Origin: Nitrospirota bacterium
GTDB lineage: Bacteria > Nitrospirota > Nitrospiria > Nitrospirales > Nitrospiraceae
Assembly (NCBI GenBank): GCA_963701855.1
Contig: CAVPBK010000005.1
Span: forward strand, 128,001 to 192,000
Direction: 5' to 3'
DNA: 64,000 nucleotides
Part shown: in pieces, positions 1 through 8,668 of the stretch
How positions within the stretch are numbered: the first letter of the stretch is position 1
How the letters are laid out: each line of letters starts with the position of its first letter
Notes under the pieces: model-generated
Told to the model about the DNA's origin: nothing
The model's database searches: none
What the model saw: the letters and a program-made list of their open reading frames with translations, nothing else
Made by a program: the position numbers and the translations under genes

Positions 1-140
1 CCATCGAATATCTGATTCTTTGAGTGGCCGAAGTGGAAGGACCGGTATTGAAAAACTTGTACACTCTCGATAGAGTAACGCACAGTCGATTTTTCAAGCA
101 CGACCACGCATAGTTTTCTAGATAGAAAGGAGACACACCA

Positions 141-860
141 GTGAAACATCTCATGACACTCACACTTGCCGCTACGGCGTTGTTTGCTGTCTTAGTCGGA
201 ACCGCTGCCGCCGAAACTTCATTTGAGGGACGGAAGAAATGTAGTAATTGTCACAAGAGTGAGGCCGATTCATGGCTCAAGACCGCCCATGCCAAAGCGG
301 TCGACTCGCTCAAAGCCGACAGGAATAAGGAAAAGAATGCAGCCATGGTCAAGGCAAAGCTTGACCCTAAAAAGGACTTTAGCAAGGACAAGGATTGCAT
401 CGGCTGCCATGTGACTGGATTCGGGGTAGAAGGTGGGTATGAAATTTCGGAGCCGGACAAGTTCTTGATCGGTGTAGGTTGTGAATCCTGCCATGGGGCC
501 GGTCCAGATTACCGCAAGATTCACCGTAAGGCAGGCGAGGCCTTTGAAAAGTCGAAAAAGGTCACGCCGCGCGAGTCCCTCGCGGAAGCCGGACAAGAGT
601 TTGAGTTCATTGAGAAGTGCAGCTCGTGCCACCTGAACTACGAGGGCTCTGGGTGGAAAGGGACTAAGAAACCCTACACGCCTTTCACCCCCACTGTAGA
701 CAAGAAGTATACGTTCGACTTTGAGAAGATGGTGCGGAACAACAAGGCCATGCATGAACACTTTAAGCTAGCGGGCACGTTTGAAGGTCCGCCTACCCCA
801 AAGTTCCATGAAGAGTTCCAAAAAGATGCCAAGCCGGCTGAAATCGGTAAGGAGGAGTAA
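141..860 (+). CDS. cycA: Tetraheme cytochrome c554 (electron acceptor of hydroxylamine dehydrogenase)
   Basis: Signal peptide; four CxxCH motifs (CSNCH, CIGCH, CESCH, CSSCH); c554-like PYTPFTP..D.KY.F segment; AAGGAG RBS; stop overlaps the cycB start. Confidence 0.93.
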   Translation: MKHLMTLTLAATALFAVLVGTAAAETSFEGRKKCSNCHKSEADSWLKTAHAKAVDSLKADRNKEKNAAMVKAKLDPKKDFSKDKDCIGCHVTGFGVEGGYEISEPDKFLIGVGCESCHGAGPDYRKIHRKAGEAFEKSKKVTPRESLAEAGQEFEFIEKCSSCHLNYEGSGWKGTKKPYTPFTPTVDKKYTFDFEKMVRNNKAMHEHFKLAGTFEGPPTPKFHEEFQKDAKPAEIGKEE

Positions 861-1447
861 TGGCAGAGTGGGGTAGAGTTTCGATCGGTGCCCTGATTCT
901 TGGCGCAGCGATTGGCGTCGGAACTATTGCGGTGGTATTCGGAGGTGAAGCGGCCATATCCAGGACCGAGTTCTGCGTGAGCTGCCACTCCGAGACCTAC
1001 CCGTATGAGGAACTGAAGAAGTCCTCGCATTGGGGCGCGCTCGGTTCAGACCCTGGCTGTAAAAACTGCCATGTCCCGCAGGGTTTCCAGAACTTCCATC
1101 TGGCGTTGTGGACACATATCGTGGATGGACTGCCGTTCCTGATAGAAGAGTTCACCGTTGATTACTCGACGATCGAAAAGTTCAATGAGCGGCGGCCGGA
1201 GGCAGCCTACAGGGCACGGATGAAGCTGAAGGGGTGGGACAGCATGACCTGCCGGGCCTGCCACAGTAATCCAAAGCCGCCAGGTGCATCCGCCAAAGCT
1301 GCGCATAAGAAGATGGAGACGGAGGGTGCAACCTGCATCGATTGCCACCAGAATCTTGTGCATAAAAAAGTCCCAGAGACGGATCTCAATGCCAGTCTGG
1401 CTCAAGGCAAGATGGTGTTGAAGGAAGAGAAGAAAGAGAAAGACTGA
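860..1447 (+). CDS. cycB: Membrane-anchored tetraheme cytochrome cm552 (NapC/NirT family)
   Basis: N-terminal TM helix; CVSCH, CKNCH, CRACH, CIDCH motifs; follows cycA as in hao-cycAB clusters. Confidence 0.92.
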   Translation: MAEWGRVSIGALILGAAIGVGTIAVVFGGEAAISRTEFCVSCHSETYPYEELKKSSHWGALGSDPGCKNCHVPQGFQNFHLALWTHIVDGLPFLIEEFTVDYSTIEKFNERRPEAAYRARMKLKGWDSMTCRACHSNPKPPGASAKAAHKKMETEGATCIDCHQNLVHKKVPETDLNASLAQGKMVLKEEKKEKD

Positions 1448-1491
1448 TCCACGGAGTTCTCTTCTCGAATTGTTATCCGACTTTGTCATTC

Positions 1492-1540
1492 TTGGCGGGA
1501 AGCTGCATACAACGGCAGTTCTCCCGCCAATCTCTTATTT
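1492..1540 (+). terminator. Probable intrinsic terminator after cycB
   Basis: Stem TTGGCGGGA...TCCCGCCAA followed by a T-rich tract. Confidence 0.6.
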
Positions 1541-1581
1541 GCCAACAATCCAGTAACTTCTGTAATGCATGTGGCTCGTTC

Positions 1582-1610
1582 TTGATCGTCTGATCGTGAA
1601 GGGGTATCCT
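1582..1610 (+). promoter_or_regulatory. Putative sigma-70 promoter
   Basis: TTGATC-17 nt-TATCCT upstream of the 1829 ORF. Confidence 0.35.
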
Positions 1611-1828
1611 TGCTTGCGTAAAACCACCGTAGCCGAGTGACTCGTGGTTTTGACTGATCCCTGCTGAGTTGACGTGAGGTCGGCTACAGGTTAGATTTCG
1701 ACCACAGGAGAATCCGCAGCCTATCCCGTGGCATCAGACGTACTCTATGATGGGCCCTGTTTCCTATCGCGTATTCAAGTGCTCAACAATTGAGCGTAAG
1801 TAACAGATTCATGAGAGGTTGAAATTCG

Positions 1829-2743
1829 ATGAGGTCGAGTTTGCTACGCCATTTCCCTGAGATTGATGCCGCCTATACGCATAGGAAAAGGGACTACACC
1901 ATAGCGGCGGTCACGTTTGCTTCTGTTGCGATCTGTATGGCGTTTGAAGTAAGCGGGAGTGTGTGGAAACAATATGCCCTAGGGTGTATCGCGTTGGTAT
2001 GTCTGATTGGGTTCTTGCGGGGTGAGACGAGAGAAGTACGATTGCAGGTTGCAGTGGCAGTCGCGTTTACGACAATCGGTGAATATGTGGCGTCTGTCTG
2101 TATGGGTGGCTACACCTATCGCTTCGACAATGTGCCGGCCTATGTGCCACTCGGTCACGGAATGGTGTATTTAACTTCCATTGCGTTGGCGCGTTCCGGG
2201 CTGTTTATTAAATATGCAAGAGTAATTACCACAACAGTGATTGTGATGTGCGGAGCATGGTCGATTTGGGGGATCAGCGGGATCCCAGAACAGGGTGATG
2301 TAGGAGGGGCGGTGCTCTTCTCTGTGTTTTTGATCTGTCTGTTTAGAGGTCGCTCGCCATTGGTGTACCTCGCGGCATTCTTTATTACAACTTGGCTGGA
2401 GATACTCGGCACAGCAGCTGGGGCCTGGAAATGGGCCTTGGTAGACCCTGTGTTTGGTTTGGCCCAGGGAAACCCTCCAAGTGGGGTTGCTGTCTGGTAT
2501 TGCCTTGTTGATGCGGTGGCCCTCACTGGAGGGCCTCTATTATCGCGCGGCCTGGAGAATGCCAGCGGATGGCTTACATCTAAGGGCTATTATCCTGAAC
2601 GAGTGGGGAGACTGTCAGATCTTCTAGGTTTCCGAGGTCATGTACGTGAGGATATTCAAACGCAGATACACCGCACCTCGCAGGCCATCAGTACATCGTT
2701 AAAGAACCCCGATCTTGCCGTCGAGCCTCTCGACAAAACCTAA
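1829..2743 (+). CDS. Hypothetical polytopic membrane protein
   Basis: 304 aa; several hydrophobic helices; GGYTYRFDNVPAYVPLGHG motif; GAGG RBS. Confidence 0.8.
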   Translation: MRSSLLRHFPEIDAAYTHRKRDYTIAAVTFASVAICMAFEVSGSVWKQYALGCIALVCLIGFLRGETREVRLQVAVAVAFTTIGEYVASVCMGGYTYRFDNVPAYVPLGHGMVYLTSIALARSGLFIKYARVITTTVIVMCGAWSIWGISGIPEQGDVGGAVLFSVFLICLFRGRSPLVYLAAFFITTWLEILGTAAGAWKWALVDPVFGLAQGNPPSGVAVWYCLVDAVALTGGPLLSRGLENASGWLTSKGYYPERVGRLSDLLGFRGHVREDIQTQIHRTSQAISTSLKNPDLAVEPLDKT

Positions 2744-3014
2744 TTCCACGCCACACCTGGACGAGGCTCATCCCAATTCTCCAACCACAGGACTACATCG
2801 TGATGGCGCTCAAGAGTGCAGGCCGACACCCTCCGTTTGCCCATATTCCCGCCCTGCTCACCAGGGCTCAACCCAGTCAAGCACCGCTGGGGTGACCTGC
2901 GCGAGAAACCCCTTCACAAAATGATTTTCAGTAGCGATGCCCGTAACGGGCCAGGAGTAGAAAGTGTTCAGCCGTCAGCGTGAAGCTAATCTATGAATCA
3001 CCGTGGAACGAGCA

Positions 3015-3034
3015 GGGGGGGCGTACGCCCCCCC
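3015..3034. terminator. Perfect GC hairpin between convergent genes (likely terminator)
   Basis: GGGGGGGCGTACGCCCCCCC palindrome downstream of the DUF1566 gene. Confidence 0.5.
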
Positions 3035-3069
3035 TTAATCACCCAATGACCTAAGACTCACTTCTGAGT

Positions 3070-3585
3070 CTACTTCGCGTCATCGCGCACACACCAGACA
3101 TAGTTCGTGTTGGTCTTAAAATCGTTGCCTACGAGGCCATAGTCGAAGTTTACGTCCCACGCGCTCATCGTATAGTCTTCATGCTCCGTCGACGTCCAAT
3201 AGCCAAAAAACTCGATGTTGGAAAATGGATGGCCAGGCGGGAGGGCAGGGGGAGGATATATCGTGTGATCCGCCAGGGTCGCCAACTCTTTGACTGCGGG
3301 CAAGCGCCAGCCCTTTTTGCCACCGACGGTCTTTTTCGCACAGATACCGGCGGCATTTTTCCAAACCGTCCTCGCTCTCGTCGGTATTGTCTCCCATACC
3401 AGCCCCGTCTCATTATCCAGCACCCCCTCATTATTCATGGCCTCTAGCACGACAAACCGCGCGCTCTGCGACTCAGCTGCTTCAGCAGGGGTGGCTCCTG
3501 AGCCGAAACCAGCCAGCGCCAGGCATACAACAGCCAGCCCCACAGCCCCGATGCGGCTCACCCATTTGGTTCTACTGCTTTTCAT
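3070..3585 (-). CDS. Secreted DUF1566 (Lcl C-terminal-like) domain protein
   Basis: Signal peptide; V.D.ETGLVWE, C....VGG..GWRLP..KEL, YWTST and VWCVR motifs. Confidence 0.85.
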   Translation of the reverse strand: MKSSRTKWVSRIGAVGLAVVCLALAGFGSGATPAEAAESQSARFVVLEAMNNEGVLDNETGLVWETIPTRARTVWKNAAGICAKKTVGGKKGWRLPAVKELATLADHTIYPPPALPPGHPFSNIEFFGYWTSTEHEDYTMSAWDVNFDYGLVGNDFKTNTNYVWCVRDDAK

Positions 3586-3704
3586 GTCGACCCTCCCCGT
3601 CTAATGTTACTCTGGTGCGACCCTTACGGCAGTGATGCCATGAGCACTACTGCTATTGAGGCCGCTGTGTCTTGCCATCATCCCAATCATTTCCCTGCAG
3701 GTTA

Positions 3705-4709
3705 CTACAGCCCTTTGAAAAGGCTAGGATTGGTTGGACCATCTATCTTGAGCAGGCCGAGGGCGCCTTTTTCGGTGCGGAAGATCGAATGGTCAACCGA
3801 AACAAACGTGCCGGGCATTTCGCCTTTAAATTCTCCTATGGTCGCTTCACCTGGCGGCACCAGGGTGCTTTGGATACTCTCATATGGCGCTTTTGCCACG
3901 TTACCTCCTGGCCACACCCGATCTAACATCTCGCCGATGACGTGCCACGAAGAATCAAAGTTGACTCCTGCATTGCCAAAGAACCATCGATCGGTCTCTC
4001 CCACTTTAGATCGTAGCGGAACTTTGACCAGCGCGGTCATATGGCCGTTATGCACTATATAAGAAGCATCCGCATCTGTCACCTTTTGATTCGAAAAAAC
4101 CAGGGTATCATTCTTCTTGCCATCCTTCATGTAAAATTCGCTCTGCATGACATAGAATTCTTTTTCGACAGGCTTCAGCCCACCAACCGGCTCAACTAAG
4201 ATCAAGCCGTACATGCCACTCAAAAGGTGTTGTATGTTGGCTGGCGCTGCAGTGGAGGACTGATAGACAAAGAGACCTTGGTTGGTGGCCTTAAATGTTA
4301 TCTGAGCTTCCTTCCCGGGCTCCGCATTGACCAGGGCGGCTCCGCCACTGGCCTTATTGAAGTCAAGATTGTGACTCTGCTTGCTGTCCTTCTTGTTCTT
4401 CAAATGGACTTCAACCGTATCGCCCACCATGACGCGGATCATGGGCCCTGGCACCATTCCATTAACACCCCAGAACTCATAATTGTTATCGTCGCTAATC
4501 GGACCGACCCACTCGGACGCTTCCAGGTTGACCACGACGGTGGCGGGCTGGGTTCGTGTGATGGGAGGGGGAACATTGGGTGCCTTCGTCAGTTGGGCTT
4601 GGATGGTTTCCGCCGACACCACGCCTGCATTGATGGCAAGACAGGGAGCCATGACCAATGCGCTGATCAATCCGGCATGACGCACGCTACGCAAAAAACT
4701 CTTGGACAT
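3705..4709 (-). CDS. NirK-like two-cupredoxin protein, paralog B (no T1Cu Cys or domain-1 T2Cu His; keeps His_cat and the domain-2 T2Cu His)
   Basis: AniA/NirK-like sequence (PGPMIRVMVGD, GMYGLILVEP, FYVMQSEFY); HNLDFNK and VYQSS replace HNIDFH and YHC; SSWHVIGE and VDHSIFR retained. Confidence 0.9.
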   Translation of the reverse strand: MSKSFLRSVRHAGLISALVMAPCLAINAGVVSAETIQAQLTKAPNVPPPITRTQPATVVVNLEASEWVGPISDDNNYEFWGVNGMVPGPMIRVMVGDTVEVHLKNKKDSKQSHNLDFNKASGGAALVNAEPGKEAQITFKATNQGLFVYQSSTAAPANIQHLLSGMYGLILVEPVGGLKPVEKEFYVMQSEFYMKDGKKNDTLVFSNQKVTDADASYIVHNGHMTALVKVPLRSKVGETDRWFFGNAGVNFDSSWHVIGEMLDRVWPGGNVAKAPYESIQSTLVPPGEATIGEFKGEMPGTFVSVDHSIFRTEKGALGLLKIDGPTNPSLFKGL

Positions 4710-4822
4710 GACGCCTCCTTTAATTTTGGATTAACTCTGTGCGGCCATCATCCTGATCACCTGCCTGCAGAGTACTTAAGGCCTTTGTAGATGGCCTAGC
4801 TGGCGGATTCTCTAGACTACCT

Positions 4823-5800
4823 TCAGTCTACCTTCAGCAGGCCAAGGGCGCCTTTGTCCTTTCGATCCTTCACTGGGTCAACGATAGTATAGGTGCCCGC
4901 CTTGACTTTAAACTCTACCATGACAGCGCCACCTGTAGGAATCCTGGTAACCTTGACATTCTCCGCCGGAGGTGAGGTCAAAGAACCCTCGGTGTACACC
5001 CTGTCCATCGTCTGTTCGAGGATCTGCAAAGACGAGACAAAGTTGGGTCCTGAGTTGGTTAAGAAAATCCGAACTGTGTCTCCGGCCTTGGCTCGAAGAG
5101 GATTTTTGACCAGCGAGCTCGCATTGCCGTTATATACAACATGGGAGGGGCGCTCGTCCAACCCATTTTCGTACGAAAACTCCAAGGTCTCGCCCTTGCC
5201 GCCCTCTTTCGAGTAAAACTCGCTTTCCATGATCTGGAATTCTTTTTCGACAGGCTTCAGCCCACCGACTGGCTCAACTATGATCGTGCCGTACATGCCA
5301 TTCGAAATGTGCTCGGGAATGGATGGCGATGCGGTGGCGCAGTGATACAAAAAGACGCCAGGAATGATCATCTTAAACTTTCCCCCGCTCTCCTGCCCTG
5401 GCTCGCTATTGAGCAGGCTAGCCCCGCCGCCTGGTCCCGTGATCGCATGGAAGTCAATATTATGAGATTCCTTGCTGTCCTTATGGTTCTTCAAACGGAT
5501 TTCAACCGTATCGCCCACCATGACGCGGATCATGGGCCCTGGCACGTTTTTATTAAAACCCCAAAACTCATAGTTGTTATCGTCGCTAAGCGGACCGACC
5601 CACTCGTTCGATTCCAGGTTGACCACGACGGTGGCGGGCTGGGTTCGTGTGATGGGAGGAGGAACATTGGGTGCGATCGCCAGTTGGGCTTTGATGGTCT
5701 CCGCCGACACCACGCCTGCGTTGATGGCAAGACACGGAGCCATGACCAATGCGCTGATCAATCCGGCATGACGCACATTACGCGAAAAACTTTTGGACAT
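4823..5800 (-). CDS. NirK-like two-cupredoxin protein, paralog A (intact T1Cu site and domain-1 T2Cu ligands; lacks His_cat and the domain-2 T2Cu His)
   Basis: HNIDFH and YHC...H....M retained; SSLQILEQ replaces SSFHVIGE; IVDPVKD replaces VDHS; ends at LLKVD without the C-terminal arm. Confidence 0.9.
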   Translation of the reverse strand: MSKSFSRNVRHAGLISALVMAPCLAINAGVVSAETIKAQLAIAPNVPPPITRTQPATVVVNLESNEWVGPLSDDNNYEFWGFNKNVPGPMIRVMVGDTVEIRLKNHKDSKESHNIDFHAITGPGGGASLLNSEPGQESGGKFKMIIPGVFLYHCATASPSIPEHISNGMYGTIIVEPVGGLKPVEKEFQIMESEFYSKEGGKGETLEFSYENGLDERPSHVVYNGNASSLVKNPLRAKAGDTVRIFLTNSGPNFVSSLQILEQTMDRVYTEGSLTSPPAENVKVTRIPTGGAVMVEFKVKAGTYTIVDPVKDRKDKGALGLLKVD

Positions 5801-5908
5801 GACGCCTCCTTTGATTTTGGACTGCCCTGACGGTTTCTTCTCTCATACGACGTGGGACGAACCGAATGGTTTCAGCCCCGGTTCAGGGCATTGTCATTAC
5901 CCGCCTGC

Positions 5909-6370
5909 TTAAGGTTTGTAACATGAGTGGTCGTGCGGCTTGCCCCCGTTCGAGAACTGGTTCTCAAACGCCATCACATGCCAGATCTGCTCCTCCGACA
6001 GCATGCTCTTCCAGGCTTTCATCTTCGTCTTCGGGATACCTTCCGAAATTCGCCAGTACCAGAAGCTGTCGGACCAACGGCAGATATTTTTAGGATCACG
6101 CATATCCCGCGCACCCTTTTTTACGGGTTGACCATCCTTACCATGGCAGCTGCCACAGTTGACCTGCGGATTAGCCTCGCCGCTGTAAATCAGCGCTCCA
6201 TCTTCGATAGCCTTAGGATCCGTCCACCCTCCAGCCGGCATTTTTTTGTCTGCATACTCGGCTGGAACCGGGGGCAAAGGGGGTTCATCTTCAGCGAAGG
6301 CCATGCCCCCTGACAGAATCAGAGCGCTCCCCAGCATCATGATCGACATACCGAAATACCTTCCCGTCAT
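5909..6370 (-). CDS. Periplasmic monoheme class I cytochrome c
   Basis: Signal peptide (AFA); one CGSCH motif; probable distal Met in KTKMKAW; AGGAGG RBS; first gene of the NirK-like operon. Confidence 0.88.
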   Translation of the reverse strand: MTGRYFGMSIMMLGSALILSGGMAFAEDEPPLPPVPAEYADKKMPAGGWTDPKAIEDGALIYSGEANPQVNCGSCHGKDGQPVKKGARDMRDPKNICRWSDSFWYWRISEGIPKTKMKAWKSMLSEEQIWHVMAFENQFSNGGKPHDHSCYKP

Positions 6371-6717
6371 TCCCGCCTCCTATTTCTTTAAATGGTGAGT
6401 CTGGTCAATCGACGAGGTCCTGCCTCATGGGGTACATTCAGTAGTGCTCCCCTTTGGGCCACCACATTGGAGATAATCCAGTCCTGCCACACCAACGGCA
6501 GCAGGGACCGTCTAGGCACAACCACAGGCCGGGAAAGTTGTCTACCATGGCGCCCTTCTCTCGATCTGTGGCGGCAATTTAATATACAAATTACCTAGTG
6601 TCAAGAGGTCGTATAGCGCTGTCAACCCAATTTTTCTGTGGGTCATCACTACGGCCTGTATGACATGTCGCATCGCGTATCGGGTCGTCATATCCATGGC
6701 GATCATTTGATGGCTCC

Positions 6718-8367
6718 TTAGTGTCGCAACAGTCCTTTGAGCAGGTCTTGGCCCTGTTGCGTTAAGTCTTCCGGTTTCGTCGTCCCTTTCAGCAGCCCAT
6801 CAACCGCTTCCTCAACTTTCTTCTGCACCTGTTCCTGAACTTTCCCGGTTAGGCCCTTCATATCTAATCCATACGATGGCGCCTGTGTTGTTCCGGTAAT
6901 CACCAGCGGGAGACTTATGCGACCTTCTTTCATCGAGAGCTTGGCGACAGGCGATGAACGTGCAATCTTCTGACTTATGTCCTGCGACAGGTTGAGGTTT
7001 ATGGTGAGGTTCAGCGTCTGATCGAATCCGATGGTGCCGCCTCCTGTGGCCCGAAAGTCGTGGCTATCCATCAAGAGCCGTTGGACATGGACGGTCCCTT
7101 GCTTAACGGCGAGATCGGTCTCGATCGTGGAAAAAACCGTTGCCTTGGCGTTATCGAGTGAGAGACCCGCAACGTTGAGAATGGAGATAGCCTCCTGAAG
7201 CAAATTCACACCTTCGATCTTGCCGTCTGTCACCGCTACGTGCCCCGTGCCTTCCAGAGATTTTGTGAGGTCCGGCATAGACAATCCACGGCCTTGCGCG
7301 TTGAAGTCGGCTTCTGCCGTTCCACTGATCGACACCTGGGTAGTTGCCAGAGCGTTGAGCGCCGGAAAGAGTTGTATCCCTTGAATTGTCATTTTGCCAG
7401 TGAACGGTTGTGTATCGGGGCCGGATGTGACTTTTCCTTGTGCTGTCACCTGTCCATCGAAGAGCTGGAAAGAGAGGTTCTGTAACAGCACGTCTTGGCC
7501 TTGTACTTCAGCTGAAATCTGGAGATTTTTCACATCGACGGGTCTCTGGAACGGAAAGATGATCGGCAGATTGGCTGTATTGATGACCGGTGCACTGATA
7601 TTCAGGCTGGCATTTTGCCAGGCCGTTTTCCCGGTGATGATGAAGTCAGTTTTTCCCAATGCGAGCTGGAGATTGATTGCATCAATGTCTGTGGATTCTT
7701 TCAAAGGGCCAAATGTGCCGTTGAGCCTCGCCGGCAGGTTCAACGGTTGGATGAGCATCCCAATGTGGAGGCTCGGGGATTGGCCGAGCCTCACCGATTG
7801 AAGGAGTATCTCCATATCCTGCAAGACATACTCGGTCGGCTTGGCAACTGACAGATCACTATAGATGAGTTTCCCGCCCGCAATGGAGACTCGATCCACG
7901 GCCAGCAGTGCCAGGATTTTGAGCGGGCCTTCGGTCGATGGTACGGGTGCCCGTGAAGGAGTTTTAGGCAGTTCAACGCCTGTACGGCCGACGGTCGAGA
8001 CATTCAGAACGCCGTTCTTGTTCTTGATAACCGTGATGACAGGATTACGGAGTGTGATGTCTTCGACTTCTACCTTGCCGGTGAGCAACGGCAAGAGTTT
8101 GACCCCCACATCCAGCGACGTGAGAGAGGTAAAGGGGCTTGAGCCAAAGGCTGGATCGTCCAGTACGGCAACCCCGGCCACCCTGGCGCCGATCCGCGGC
8201 CAGATAGTCAGGCGGATGTCTTGCACCTGAACCTTGCGGTTGAGTGCGTCCTCGATGAGCGGCTTGTATTGGTCTTTATACTTGTTGAGGTCGATCAGGA
8301 AGGGAAGCGCCAGGATGCCTCCTAGCACCAGGGCGACGACAATAAGTAGACCTATGACAATTTTCAT
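6718..8367 (-). CDS. AsmA family protein
   Basis: N-terminal TM anchor followed by D.N.YK..; beta-rich repeats; C-terminal P..ITGT...PSY segment. Confidence 0.85.
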   Translation of the reverse strand: MKIVIGLLIVVALVLGGILALPFLIDLNKYKDQYKPLIEDALNRKVQVQDIRLTIWPRIGARVAGVAVLDDPAFGSSPFTSLTSLDVGVKLLPLLTGKVEVEDITLRNPVITVIKNKNGVLNVSTVGRTGVELPKTPSRAPVPSTEGPLKILALLAVDRVSIAGGKLIYSDLSVAKPTEYVLQDMEILLQSVRLGQSPSLHIGMLIQPLNLPARLNGTFGPLKESTDIDAINLQLALGKTDFIITGKTAWQNASLNISAPVINTANLPIIFPFQRPVDVKNLQISAEVQGQDVLLQNLSFQLFDGQVTAQGKVTSGPDTQPFTGKMTIQGIQLFPALNALATTQVSISGTAEADFNAQGRGLSMPDLTKSLEGTGHVAVTDGKIEGVNLLQEAISILNVAGLSLDNAKATVFSTIETDLAVKQGTVHVQRLLMDSHDFRATGGGTIGFDQTLNLTINLNLSQDISQKIARSSPVAKLSMKEGRISLPLVITGTTQAPSYGLDMKGLTGKVQEQVQKKVEEAVDGLLKGTTKPEDLTQQGQDLLKGLLRH

Positions 8368-8668
8368 CAGCGTATCTCTGTACAAACTTCTTCCAGTATA
8401 GGAAAGGGTCAGACCACGGTCAATGTGAGTTAGTTAGTTCCTGGAAACCTAATGGAGACAGAATATGCTCTCACTCCACGTGCGACACTTCAGACCCAAT
8501 TTGGCTACGGTGGTGCAGGTGAAGCTAGAACTCAAGGGTTGAAAGGATCTGTACGAATAGATTGACCGTAACACTATTCGGTCACATCATCGGGGTGTTA
8601 TCCAGGTGTTGCCCGATGATGCAGATAGTGAGCATTACGAGGGCATGGGAGGGGCTTGGTCGATCGGT

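Noticed and set aside
1..51. Possible 3' end of an upstream gene such as haoB (...FFEWPKWKDRY*)
   Set aside because: Too short, and the same frame has a TGA at 13-15; identity cannot be supported.
3705..5800. Calling either paralog a canonical nirK, or calling them pseudogenes
   Set aside because: Each lacks essential ligands, so nirK is unjustified. Both are intact ORFs with RBS and signal peptide, so pseudogene is unsupported too.
6576..6592. AATTT-N7-AAATT palindrome upstream of the cytochrome/NirK-like operon as an FNR or NsrR box
   Set aside because: It does not match the TTGAT-N4-ATCAA spacing and may simply be an AT-rich promoter element.
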